Source: Planctomycetaceae bacterium (GTDB taxonomy: Bacteria; Planctomycetota; Planctomycetia; Pirellulales; Pirellulaceae). Taken from it: DNA of 64,000 nt. The position numbers were made by a program, and so were the translations under genes. The notes below the pieces were generated by a model, which did not search any database, was not told the DNA's origin, and saw nothing but the letters and a program-made list of their open reading frames with translations. Positions 1 through 9,314 of the stretch are shown here, piece by piece. Within the stretch, counting starts at the first letter, position 1; each line of letters begins with the position of its first letter. Location: positions 312 to 64,311 of the forward strand of contig JAAEMV010000181.1 in assembly GCA_024225195.1 (NCBI GenBank), written 5' to 3'.

Positions 1-36
1 CGAAATGCGATCAACTAACGATCGGGAAGGCGTGCA

Positions 37-1458
37 ATGACCAAGCGTTCGATTCGGGCCATATTGAAAAAAAAAACGATCAAGGTGCCTCAAGATCGGT
101 TATTAAAAAAGCCGACTAATGGCCAGCCAACATCTGACTCAACCAATGTTTCACTGGGAGCCGCAGCGCTTGAACAAAGGGCCAGTAAAAAGCTGGAGTA
201 CCAGTCGATTAAAGGTGGGCTGCACGAGCGGTTAATTGACGACTTGAATAACGCCGGAATGCTAATCCGCCCGGACGATGAACTTAAACAGTATGTCGAA
301 GAGTTTGTCGCTGGAGTATTGGAAACAGAAGATATTCCGCTGAATCAATCAGAGCGAATTCGGCTGGCTGATGAGTTGCTCGAAGAGGCCCTCGGAAGTG
401 GTCCGCTTGCCCCGCTGATGGGAGACCCCGCGATTTCGGATATTTTGGTAAACCGGTTTGATACCGTCTATGTAGAGCGATTTGGCGTTCTCGAGCCAAC
501 CGATATTCGATTTCGAGATGAGGAACACTTGGTTCGAATCATCACCCGGATTGCAGCCAGAGTTGGGAGAAGAATTGACACCTCCTCTCCTATGGTGGAT
601 GCAAGGCTTCCAGACGGAAGCCGTGTTAACGCGACTCTACCCCCAGTTACGTTGGATGGGCCGACCTTATCCATTCGGAGGTTCGGACGAAGGCGTTTGA
701 CGAGCGAAAATTTAGTTCGGCTGGGAATGTTTTCGGAGCAGATGCTTAAGTTTCTCGAATTGTGTGTTGTGAGTCGAAAGAATATCCTGATTTCTGGCGG
801 TACCGGGAGTGGGAAATCGACATTGTTGGGGGCCGTTTCGGAGTCAATTCCTCCTCAAGAAAGAATCATCACGATTGAAGATGCCGCTGAATTAATGTTG
901 GGACAAGACAACGTTATTCGAATGGAGACGCGAGCAGCAAATGTTGAAGGCCAAGGCCAGATTTCGCAACGAGATTTGGTCGTGAATGCATTGAGAATGC
1001 GCCCCGACCGAATTGTCATGGGGGAAGTCAGGGCGGGGGAAGCCCTCGATATGCTGCAAGCTATGAACACCGGGCACGATGGGAGTTTGACTACTATTCA
1101 CGCCAACAGCCCTAGAGACGCTTTTGCAAGGCTTGAGACAATGGTCATGATGGCTGGTATGGAACTTCCTTCTCGCGCCATTCGAGAGCAAGCGGTGTCA
1201 GCTATAAGCATTGTGATTCATGTTCGGCGATACGAAGACGGTATACGTCGCATTGAGCGCATTGCCGAGGTCGTGGGGTTGGAAGGTCAGACGCCTCAAT
1301 TGCAAGATATTTATGTCTTTAAACAAATTGGGAAAGAAGAAAATAGAATCACCGGTCGGTTTGAAGCGACTGGGATCGTGCCAAGGATTTCCAATGAATT
1401 GGCGGCACGCGGAATTGAAATCTCAAATCAAAAGTTTTTTGAAAGAGATGCTCAATGA
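37..1458 (+). CDS. cpaF: Tad/Flp pilus assembly ATPase (CpaF/TadA family secretion NTPase)
   Basis: 473-aa ORF. Walker A GGTGSGKST, RIITIEDAAEL (Walker B/Asp box region) and His box TGHDGSLTTIHAN are typical of VirB11/CpaF-type ATPases. ATGA overlap with the downstream tadB-like gene. Confidence 0.92.
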   Translation: MTKRSIRAILKKKTIKVPQDRLLKKPTNGQPTSDSTNVSLGAAALEQRASKKLEYQSIKGGLHERLIDDLNNAGMLIRPDDELKQYVEEFVAGVLETEDIPLNQSERIRLADELLEEALGSGPLAPLMGDPAISDILVNRFDTVYVERFGVLEPTDIRFRDEEHLVRIITRIAARVGRRIDTSSPMVDARLPDGSRVNATLPPVTLDGPTLSIRRFGRRRLTSENLVRLGMFSEQMLKFLELCVVSRKNILISGGTGSGKSTLLGAVSESIPPQERIITIEDAAELMLGQDNVIRMETRAANVEGQGQISQRDLVVNALRMRPDRIVMGEVRAGEALDMLQAMNTGHDGSLTTIHANSPRDAFARLETMVMMAGMELPSRAIREQAVSAISIVIHVRRYEDGIRRIERIAEVVGLEGQTPQLQDIYVFKQIGKEENRITGRFEATGIVPRISNELAARGIEISNQKFFERDAQ

Positions 1459-2303
1459 CGTACGTTTTAACAGGAGGCGGCTTATTGATTGCCATCGGTG
1501 CGGTGGCTTATTACTGGCGACTTGCGGCGATTCGCGAGATGTTAAGTAATCGCCTGTTAGCGCCAACGATTGGTGGGGAACAGGTTTTAGTGACGGTGAA
1601 GCCATTCGCGCAGCGTCATTTTCTGATTCCGATTTTACTTGGGTTAGTTGTCGGATTGGTTTTGGCTTTCCTATTTAGCTGGCCTTTGAATATCTCTATC
1701 GGTCTGGCGTTTGCGATAACACTGATGGGATTTGAGGCAGATGCCTGGTTTTACGAAACGCGACTAACGAAAATTGAAAGCCAATTAGCTGATTCAATTG
1801 ATCTGCTCGTTGCCAGCCTTGGAGCGGGGTCTTCACTGCAAGCCTCGTTGGTCCAGGCGGCAGATTACACCGAAAATCCATTGAAAAGAGAGCTTTCCGA
1901 ATTGGTTGCCAGGCTGAGACTTGGCGACTCTCCTGCCGATGCTTTTGAGCTTTTAGAAAAAAGAGTTCCAACCGAGACTTTTCAACTCCTAGCGACCTCG
2001 CTTGTTGTGAATTGGCAAGTAGGTGGCGGGCTTGCCGAAACCTTGGCTGGCGTTGGCAAAACCATTCGCGATCGACTTGCGATCTCACGGCAAATAAGGA
2101 CTCTAAGCACGCAGGGGCGGTTGACGACGATGACCGTCATTAGCGTGGTCTGGTTCATGGCCGCGATGATGTGGCAGTCGGATGAAATGCGGTTTGTTGG
2201 GTTTGTAAACAGCCAACCAGGCAGTTGGCTGATGACCGCGACGCTAACGCTGCAGGGCGTTGGGATTGCAATGGTATCAAAAATTAGTCGCCCGAGAATT
2301 TAG
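1455..2303 (+). CDS. tadB: Tad pilus inner-membrane platform protein (TadB-like, type II secretion system F family)
   Basis: 282-aa polytopic membrane ORF immediately after cpaF, with start overlapping the cpaF stop (ATGA). Hydrophobic N- and C-terminal segments flank a soluble T2SS-F-like core. Confidence 0.8.
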   Translation: MTYVLTGGGLLIAIGAVAYYWRLAAIREMLSNRLLAPTIGGEQVLVTVKPFAQRHFLIPILLGLVVGLVLAFLFSWPLNISIGLAFAITLMGFEADAWFYETRLTKIESQLADSIDLLVASLGAGSSLQASLVQAADYTENPLKRELSELVARLRLGDSPADAFELLEKRVPTETFQLLATSLVVNWQVGGGLAETLAGVGKTIRDRLAISRQIRTLSTQGRLTTMTVISVVWFMAAMMWQSDEMRFVGFVNSQPGSWLMTATLTLQGVGIAMVSKISRPRI

Positions 2304-2306
2304 CTT

Positions 2307-3224
2307 ATGATCGTTCCAATTCTAGTTTTTGCTGCCGCCATCGGACTGGTTGTCTGGTTGTGGCAACTTTACGTCGTTCGGTTGAAAATTAATAAACGCT
2401 TGGCTGAACCGAATAGCCCTGAGCAGGACACGAATATCTCGCGCGAGGAATTGCTTGAAAGAGGTCGGGTTTCGAGTTGGCTTTTTCGAGCTGGGTTTCG
2501 CCGGCCCGAAGCCCTCGCAATTTACTATGCTTCAACATGCTTGCTTGGTTTGTTGGGGCTGGGGTTGATGTTCCAGCTGTCTCGACAAGGGATCTTTCTT
2601 GTCGCCTCAGAGATGGTTAGCAGTATTCCAGGCGGCGTTGGAAATGTATTGGTCCCGTTTGTGCTTGGAACCCCTTGGTTTTTATTTGCTGTCCTGATGC
2701 TAATTCCCACTTTGATCGTGCGATCGGCCCGGCGGAATCGAGTCAAAAAGATCGAGCAGGAATTGCCGCTCTTACTTGACTTGTTGACAACGCTGGCACA
2801 GGCTGGGATCGGATTCGACAGCGCGTTGGATAAGATTCTCTCTGTCCAAAAACAATCACAACCGTTGGTTCAGGAATTGAGACTGTTTCAATACGACAAC
2901 CTTGCCGGCCGTTCCCGTGTTGAATCATTAAGGCGGTTGATGCGACGGGTGCACGTTCCAATGTTTTCGGCATTCATTTCTGCAATCGTTCAAGCGGAAC
3001 AAACCGGAACTGGGATGGGGGCTACCTTGAAAACTCAGTCTTCAGAAATGCGGTCGCGGCGACGCGAAAAAGCTTCTGCTGCGGCTTTGTCAGTACCGAC
3101 GATGCTTGTGCTTCCAATGGTACTTGGGTTCCTGCCCGGGATTTTTATTATTCTCTTGGGGCCAATGCTGTTTGAAGTCTTTGGCGTTTTGGATCAAAGT
3201 TTTCGCGGGCCGCTTGGACAGTAA
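2307..3224 (+). CDS. tadC: Tad pilus inner-membrane platform protein (TadC-like, type II secretion system F family)
   Basis: 305-aa membrane ORF 3 nt after tadB. Same architecture as TadB (TM, soluble helical domain, two C-terminal TMs). Canonical cpaF-tadB-tadC order. Confidence 0.8.
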   Translation: MIVPILVFAAAIGLVVWLWQLYVVRLKINKRLAEPNSPEQDTNISREELLERGRVSSWLFRAGFRRPEALAIYYASTCLLGLLGLGLMFQLSRQGIFLVASEMVSSIPGGVGNVLVPFVLGTPWFLFAVLMLIPTLIVRSARRNRVKKIEQELPLLLDLLTTLAQAGIGFDSALDKILSVQKQSQPLVQELRLFQYDNLAGRSRVESLRRLMRRVHVPMFSAFISAIVQAEQTGTGMGATLKTQSSEMRSRRREKASAAALSVPTMLVLPMVLGFLPGIFIILLGPMLFEVFGVLDQSFRGPLGQ

Positions 3225-3285
3225 TTAGTGGATGAGAGTGAGTCGCGACAGCTTTGCAAAGTTTGTTTATTGGGAATGAAGTGAG

Positions 3286-3621
3286 ATGACCAACCTAATC
3301 AACGCCGAAACGGGGGAGACTATTCTTACCGAATTAGAATTAGCACGGTCATTTTGGAAGCGGTTTGTTGGATTGATGTTTCGGAAATCGTTGCCGATCG
3401 GGTGTGGTATCTGGATCGAACCGTGTAAGTCGATTCATACAATGTGGATGCGAATGTCAATTGACGTTCATTTTCTCGATGGTAACAACAGTGTGATTGG
3501 AGTCCGCAAAAATGTTCGACCTTGGCGAGTCGTGCTTGCTCCAGCAAATACCACGAGCGTTTTGGAAATTCAGTCCAGTACTATTGAGATTCCGGTGAAC
3601 ACGAGGGTGGAAACGGTATGA
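3286..3621 (+). CDS. DUF192 (COG1430-like) domain protein
   Basis: 111-aa ORF. LARSFWKRFVGLMFR...IWIEPCKSIHTMWMRMSIDVHFLD matches my recollection of the DUF192 core (R..GLM, IHT..M, D..F). Its stop overlaps the next gene's start (ATGA). Confidence 0.7.
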   Translation: MTNLINAETGETILTELELARSFWKRFVGLMFRKSLPIGCGIWIEPCKSIHTMWMRMSIDVHFLDGNNSVIGVRKNVRPWRVVLAPANTTSVLEIQSSTIEIPVNTRVETV

Positions 3622-4601
3622 AAAGACAACGTTTAAACCGACGAGGTCAGGCGCTGCTAGAGTTTGCAATTTTGATTCCGCTTGTGATTATCTTGATAGG
3701 CGCAACTGTCAGCTTTGGGTTGTTCTTTTATCAGGGGAATGTTTTGCAACAAGCCGTTGATGTGGCAGCGCAAGAAATTTCTAGGATGCCTTTTGAACCC
3801 ACTCAGGAGTTGGGGCTTGGGCGGCTCGATAAATGCAATCTATCTGATCTCGTTGTCGATGAGGCCGATTTTAAAAACCAAATTTACGACGAAAAACATT
3901 TAGTGATTCCAGATTCAGCCTGGGATGCATCGACGGCGTTTAATAACGACTTTCAATCTTATGTTGCCACCCTTCCCTTGCTCAACCGCCTGCTGGTTCC
4001 TGTGATGGTGCGTGACTCCAAACTTGACCTGACTCGGTACCCTGGAGCGTTGGTTACCAACGATCAGGGAGAGCAAACCGTACTTATCCCTCTAGTCGCT
4101 TACAATTACAACGGGATTGTTGACGGTTATCAGTGTGCTGGTGAAACCATTTTGGAGTGGGTAGCTCCGGTAGAGGAAATTCGAGTGGATCACGATGGTG
4201 ATGGGGCAACCGCTAAAGAAGGCCCCTATCGACTCGTTTCCAATTCGGAGTCGGCTAACGATATTCCCTCGTTTGTTCGAGGAATGGTGGCGATTCGGAT
4301 AAATTACCCGGCTCAGTCAACGACGTTGATTAATCGAACAAGTTTACCTGCGGCTTCAAACCCCACCGGCAAAGTGGGGCAAGTCATCGTGGTTGCCGAC
4401 GACCAGAGTCTAAGTGATGGCGATACTGGATGTTACACGTTGGTCGTCAATGATCCATCGATTGCGAATGGCCCCGCCGATCCATTTGGAGGCCGTTATG
4501 GGCTGGGGAGTTTGTCTGTTCTCAAGGGGAGCGTGCGGCCCTATCGAAAGGTAATGACGTTTCAAGCCATCTATCGACGAGAGGTATTTGCCGATGAATA
4601 A
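3618..4601 (+). CDS. TadE-like pseudopilin / pilus assembly protein (unusually large)
   Basis: 327 aa. N-terminus RRGQALLEFAILIPLVIILIGATV has the TadE-type G/xxxxEF prepilin-peptidase motif plus a hydrophobic helix. The C-terminal ~270 aa are not recognised. Confidence 0.7.
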   Translation: MKRQRLNRRGQALLEFAILIPLVIILIGATVSFGLFFYQGNVLQQAVDVAAQEISRMPFEPTQELGLGRLDKCNLSDLVVDEADFKNQIYDEKHLVIPDSAWDASTAFNNDFQSYVATLPLLNRLLVPVMVRDSKLDLTRYPGALVTNDQGEQTVLIPLVAYNYNGIVDGYQCAGETILEWVAPVEEIRVDHDGDGATAKEGPYRLVSNSESANDIPSFVRGMVAIRINYPAQSTTLINRTSLPAASNPTGKVGQVIVVADDQSLSDGDTGCYTLVVNDPSIANGPADPFGGRYGLGSLSVLKGSVRPYRKVMTFQAIYRREVFADE

Positions 4602-5763
4602 ATCCCGTTGCCGCAGATCAAGAACAGGCCAATCGTTGTTGCTAGTGATGTTCATGCTGGTCGTGTTGGCAGGCATCATGGCCTTAACTCTCGATTTTGG
4701 ATTTGTGCTTCAATCGCGAAGGCTGATGCAGACTGGAGTCAACACCGCGGCGCTTGAGGGGTTGCGTAATCTTGACTCGGACAATGACAACGTTGGTGAT
4801 GGCCGTCAAAATGCAGCGGCACTTTTGAGAAATGTATTTGATGACAATTTGGATCCGACTGCCAACAACACGACTGTCGGAGCGGGCATCGATAGCTCCC
4901 TGGTTCAGGGGGATGGATTTCAACAAACCACTTTGGGAAATGGTACCGGTTCTCAGTCGCTGTACGAAAATCGCAGTGACTTTATTTATCGTCCCATTCC
5001 ACAACTCAACACGTTGAATCTTCCCAACGGTGATATGGTGGAAGGTGAATACATCGATAATGCTACTAGTCATCAAGAATTTTCGGACTATCAGCGTGAT
5101 GATTTCTCCGTAGGAGTACCGGGTGATCCCTCTTCAGCCTTTTTAAGTCGATTGCGGCGGACACACGATCCAGATGGTGAGGATCGAATTGCAGGGGTAA
5201 GTTCAGGCAGCGGCGGTTTACCGTTATTGATGGGCCGACTTGGTTGGTTTTCAGTGAAACCAGCGGGCTCAAGTTATTCGATTCGTCGTGATGGGGTGAC
5301 CGTGCGAGCGACGGCGATCGCGGATCAGAAAATTGCCGTTCGCGTTTGGGTAACCACTGACACGAAAATCTTTTCAGCGATTCCGTTTGGTGTTTCGAAG
5401 TCAGATTTTGTTTCGAAGATTGACATTTCTGCCGACATTAAACCGACCACAAACGTCATTACTCAATTCGGCCAGTCGGCGGAGTTCGCACCATCGGGCA
5501 GCTATTCCGGTGAGGTTGGCTATATCGCTGTGATTGATGAAACGCTTTCGCCGCCGAGAGCTATTGGATTTTTCCAAGCAGGATCCGTATCGGCTTCCAG
5601 TCGTCAGGCCAACGCCTCGTCGCGTTTGCAGGACGTTTGGGGGGTGTTAAGCGAACTGACAGCATCGGAGCGTTCAATTTTAAGGGCGAGTCGGTCAGAG
5701 GTTGGTAGCTCTTCGGCCAACCATTTGTTGACATCAGGCGTTTTGGTACGCGCCATCCGATGA
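4594..5763 (+). CDS. TadG-like (Flp pilus-assembly TadE/G-like) membrane-anchored protein
   Basis: 389 aa from the ATG at 4594 (maximal ORF starts at TTG 4588). N-terminus RTGQSLLLVMFMLVVLAGIMALTLDFG resembles the TadG/'putative Tad-like' N-terminal region. 8-nt overlap with the upstream gene. Confidence 0.6.
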   Translation: MNKSRCRRSRTGQSLLLVMFMLVVLAGIMALTLDFGFVLQSRRLMQTGVNTAALEGLRNLDSDNDNVGDGRQNAAALLRNVFDDNLDPTANNTTVGAGIDSSLVQGDGFQQTTLGNGTGSQSLYENRSDFIYRPIPQLNTLNLPNGDMVEGEYIDNATSHQEFSDYQRDDFSVGVPGDPSSAFLSRLRRTHDPDGEDRIAGVSSGSGGLPLLMGRLGWFSVKPAGSSYSIRRDGVTVRATAIADQKIAVRVWVTTDTKIFSAIPFGVSKSDFVSKIDISADIKPTTNVITQFGQSAEFAPSGSYSGEVGYIAVIDETLSPPRAIGFFQAGSVSASSRQANASSRLQDVWGVLSELTASERSILRASRSEVGSSSANHLLTSGVLVRAIR

Positions 5764-5875
5764 AATCTAATTCAATCTAGGGCTTTTACTTGAGTGTGAT
5801 TGCCAGTTTGACGATTCTAACGAATATGCGGTTTTCGTGTCGAACTGATCATCACACTGTCTCTACGAATATAAA

Positions 5876-7789
5876 ATGTTAAACCCGAGCATTATCCACG
5901 CCGGTTTTGTCGTTGCCATCGGGCTCCTCACCGTTAATCAAACGCTGGTTAACGTATCGGGCCAGGTGACTGAACGATTCTCGGCGCCGTCTTCGGTCGT
6001 TGAATCAAAAACGTTGCTACCAATTGAAGAGGTAGTTGTAACGCAGGAAGGTGCTGCTCCAGCCCAGACGAAACTCCAGAGTGGGTTTCCAGCGGAGCTT
6101 CTTTTGAGGCCACCGACATCAGCTGCGGTTGAGAAAGCAAATCGGCATGTTGTGGGAACGATCGATCCAGAGATTCCGTTGAATCTCGTGATTGGTAGAC
6201 CCAAGGTGTTGCAACTGGTGAAAGCAGCCAAGCGAGTTTACGTTCCAAATGAGGATGTCATTCGAACTGAGATAGTGGATGAAAAAACTGGACGTGAAAT
6301 TGCAATTACAGGTTTGCAAGCTGGGACAACGACGTTAATTCTTTGGTTTGATGATCCGCAAAGCCCTGATGGCCAGTCGACTGTAAGTTATCTTGTGCGT
6401 GTTTTTACCGACCCGATTCTCGCTCGCCCAATTGAAGAGCTGTCCAAAGATCTTAACGAAAAATTTCCTAACAGTTATATTGAATTGGATCAGATCGAAG
6501 ACAGATTGATTGTGCGAGGGCAGGCGCCTACCTCGATTGAAATGGGCCAGATCCTACAGGTTCTAGCTGGTTCACGGGGGATCCAAGCTGGTGTTGTTCG
6601 GCCTGCCAGTCCGGTGACAGTCACATCAGCTTTCGATTTTGAAGCAGACGTTGATCCTCTTCGAGCCGAGGAAGACGCCGCTGCTCGACGGCGGATTGTC
6701 GATCCAATCGCGTTGGCTCAAGCGGGAATCATTAATCAGATGACGATTGTTGGTGAGCAACAAGTCATGCTTAAAGTTACCGTGGCGGAGGTAAATCGGA
6801 CGGCTGCCCGCAGCATTGGATTGAACTTTGCCGTAGATAATGATTCTGGGTTAACAATATTTGAATCACTCACAGGAGGTTTGGCGACAGGGAACGTATT
6901 AGCGTCTCTGGATATGGGGCAAATTCGAGTGGCTATTGAAGCTCTCAGAAGACTCAAGCTATCACGAACACTCGCTGAGCCGAACCTGGTGGCCATGAAT
7001 GGCATGTCGGCTGAATTTCAAGCAGGAGGAAGCTTCCCCGTTCCGATCATTTCATCTGGCGGTGGCGGCGGAGGAGGCGGGCAGAACCTGCAGGGGGTGA
7101 ATTTTGTTCCCTTTGGTGTGCAGTTGCAGTTTACTCCGAACATCGAAGCCAACGGCGTGATTCGACTTGCAGTCAATGCAGAAGTGTCAACCCGTGATGA
7201 ATCATTGGGAACTTCGATCGGAGGTGGTGCAGGCGGGACACAGGTTTCAGGATTGAATAGTCGAAATTTCTCGACCACCGTTCAGTTGCGAACCGGCCAA
7301 ACCATTGCGGTGGCTGGTTTGATGCAGACAAACTATGGAGCAAGTACCGAACGAATTCCCTTTTGGGGAGACTTGCCGTTGATCGGATCGACCGGTGGCG
7401 TCAATAAAAATAGCAGTGGAGAGCAGGAACTTGTAATACTCGTAACTCCACATTTAGTGGCTCCAATCAATAGCAGCGGGAGTCCGGGACTGCCTGGAAA
7501 TGATGTGCACGAACCGACGGATGTTGAATTCTTCGTTGGCAATCGCCTTGAAAGCCGCCGCAGCAAAGACTTTCGGACTTCCGTTCAAACTGATTGGGCA
7601 AGACAGAAGTCAGCCGAGCGTTGTCAAATGCAGACATATATGATTGGTAGCATTGGTCCTTCGGATCGCTGTTTTGCAGGAGGCGAAATGTCGACGAGCC
7701 AGGCTGCGATTCCGATACCGGAGGTAAGTCGAACCAATCCTGCCCAACCGGTGAAAACTTCTCAAGGAAACATAGGAGGAGTGAAATGA
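5876..7789 (+). CDS. cpaC: Outer-membrane secretin (CpaC/RcpA family, type II/III secretion system protein)
   Basis: 637 aa. C-terminal secretin core (LAEPNLVAMNGMSAEFQAGG...IPFWGDLPLIGS...ELVILVTPHLV), N-terminal pilus-formation/BON-like region and a signal-like N-terminus. Contains a G8 tract. Confidence 0.87.
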   Translation: MLNPSIIHAGFVVAIGLLTVNQTLVNVSGQVTERFSAPSSVVESKTLLPIEEVVVTQEGAAPAQTKLQSGFPAELLLRPPTSAAVEKANRHVVGTIDPEIPLNLVIGRPKVLQLVKAAKRVYVPNEDVIRTEIVDEKTGREIAITGLQAGTTTLILWFDDPQSPDGQSTVSYLVRVFTDPILARPIEELSKDLNEKFPNSYIELDQIEDRLIVRGQAPTSIEMGQILQVLAGSRGIQAGVVRPASPVTVTSAFDFEADVDPLRAEEDAAARRRIVDPIALAQAGIINQMTIVGEQQVMLKVTVAEVNRTAARSIGLNFAVDNDSGLTIFESLTGGLATGNVLASLDMGQIRVAIEALRRLKLSRTLAEPNLVAMNGMSAEFQAGGSFPVPIISSGGGGGGGGQNLQGVNFVPFGVQLQFTPNIEANGVIRLAVNAEVSTRDESLGTSIGGGAGGTQVSGLNSRNFSTTVQLRTGQTIAVAGLMQTNYGASTERIPFWGDLPLIGSTGGVNKNSSGEQELVILVTPHLVAPINSSGSPGLPGNDVHEPTDVEFFVGNRLESRRSKDFRTSVQTDWARQKSAERCQMQTYMIGSIGPSDRCFAGGEMSTSQAAIPIPEVSRTNPAQPVKTSQGNIGGVK

Positions 7790-8325
7790 TCAATACAGGT
7801 ACCTTTCTTAAGAACCTCATGGGTTTGCTGATTTTCATTTCGATGCTTGTGTTCTCTGGCTGCAGCCATCACCGTGGTGGCACGGGCGTTGACTCACTCG
7901 CGGACGTCCCTAAAGGAGCCGTGCCGGAACCCGCTGGCGTCAAGCTGTGCCAATGGCAGACCGCTCAAGTTTTACAGGCCGCTCAAGATCAGACCGTTTT
8001 GTATAAGGCCGATTTTCTTGGCGAGAGTGCTAAGTTAGCTCCATCTGCGACTGAAAAAATTCTCCGCTCTTTGCAAAATGGAACCGCAGGCGTGCAGATT
8101 TGGGTGGTTGAGGCAACCAAAAATGCAACTCAGGATTCGAGACGGGTTGATAGCGTAACTCAACAACTAACCAGTTGGGGCGTTCCAAGCCCCCGTGTTG
8201 GAATCGGCATGCCAACGGCACTGGGAATGCCCGGTGTGTTTGCTGAATCAAACTTTCTGAATCAAGGACGCGGCTCAAGAGGTAATTCGTCGTCTCGATC
8301 TCAATTTAATGGATTTACGAACTGA
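7786..8325 (+). CDS. Lipoprotein of unknown function, Tad-operon associated (possible pilotin/CpaD analogue)
   Basis: 179 aa. Lipobox LVFSGC after a hydrophobic signal. ATGA overlap with the secretin stop and TGATG junction with the next gene. Confidence 0.6.
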   Translation: MINTGTFLKNLMGLLIFISMLVFSGCSHHRGGTGVDSLADVPKGAVPEPAGVKLCQWQTAQVLQAAQDQTVLYKADFLGESAKLAPSATEKILRSLQNGTAGVQIWVVEATKNATQDSRRVDSVTQQLTSWGVPSPRVGIGMPTALGMPGVFAESNFLNQGRGSRGNSSSRSQFNGFTN

Positions 8326-9053
8326 TGCAGCTCAAATTCAAAAACCAAAAATATGCTGCGTTGTTACTCATGCTCGCTGTGTTGGGGGGCTTTAATTTGG
8401 GATGCCGAAGCGGTGTTCAAAAGGGTGTTGAGAATAACGTAAGTCAGTTGGTTCGCCAGCTCGACCCTAAGAGTGAAATGGTATCTCACCAACCCAAACC
8501 GCAAGAAGAAGCGGAGATTTGCGTCGAAACTGCGGTAGCCGTAGCTAAAGCTGGGCACTTGCGAGAAGCTATTCGGCTTTACGAAAAAGCCCTGACGCTG
8601 TCACCGGATGATGCAGCAATATTGCTTCAGTTAGCACCGTTATACGCACAAGCGGGTGACTCGGACCGGGCGATCGACACTTACCAGAAGCTCATAGATT
8701 CCGAAAAACCAAATCCCGATCTTCTTAATAACTACGTCTGGACATTAATGGAGGCCGGTCGGTTGAAGACTGCGAAGGCTCTCGTTAACAGTGGCGTCGC
8801 AGATTTTCCAGAGTCGAAAAAGTTAATGACAACTTCGGCAGTAATTAGTTACAAACAAGGTGACCGGGCCGCAGCCTTTGAGCTTTTCTCAACCGCGTTG
8901 GGGCAGCATGCGGCTCATCACAATTTGGCAGTCCTCGATATCGATTCTAAAAACGAAGCTACTGCCAAATCCCATATCGAGAAAGCAATGCAACTTCGCC
9001 CCAATTCGCTAACATCGCAACTAGCCAATGCGATTGACGAAGTTGGTGAATAA
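8325..9053 (+). CDS. TPR-repeat lipoprotein (TadD-like)
   Basis: 242 aa. Lipobox GFNLGC followed by TPR-like repeats (AIRLYEKALTLSPDDA..., AIDTYQKLI...). Last gene of the coupled operon. Confidence 0.65.
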   Translation: MQLKFKNQKYAALLLMLAVLGGFNLGCRSGVQKGVENNVSQLVRQLDPKSEMVSHQPKPQEEAEICVETAVAVAKAGHLREAIRLYEKALTLSPDDAAILLQLAPLYAQAGDSDRAIDTYQKLIDSEKPNPDLLNNYVWTLMEAGRLKTAKALVNSGVADFPESKKLMTTSAVISYKQGDRAAAFELFSTALGQHAAHHNLAVLDIDSKNEATAKSHIEKAMQLRPNSLTSQLANAIDEVGE

Positions 9054-9254
9054 GCAAATTTGGTCCGGAGATATATTTTTCGTAGACCAAAATGCTTGGC
9101 GGTTCTGATCGGTTCGAACGTGGTATGTTTTCGGGATTTTTCCCGGAAGATATGCTGAAAATCAAGCCTACGCTTAATTGGCTGAGCTTTGAGTTTTGCT
9201 TGCTCCTTGCACCCGCTTGGGGTGGAATGGTAGGTCTGGGGAGAAACCCAGTTA

Positions 9255-9284
9255 TTAAGACTCGCTAAGACTCGCTAAGACTCG
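9255..9284. repeat. 3 x 10-bp perfect tandem repeat (TAAGACTCGC)
   Basis: Read directly: taagactcgc at 9255-9264, 9265-9274 and 9275-9284. Intergenic, just beyond the minus-strand terminator hairpin. Confidence 0.95.
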
Positions 9285-9288
9285 CGAG

Positions 9289-9314
9289 TAAAACCTCAGC
9301 AGAATTGTCTGAGG
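9289..9314 (-). terminator. Putative intrinsic terminator (minus strand)
   Basis: Stem CCTCAG (9294-9299) / CTGAGG (9309-9314) with a 9-nt loop. On the minus strand it is followed by TTTTAC. Short stem and short U-tract. Confidence 0.5.
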
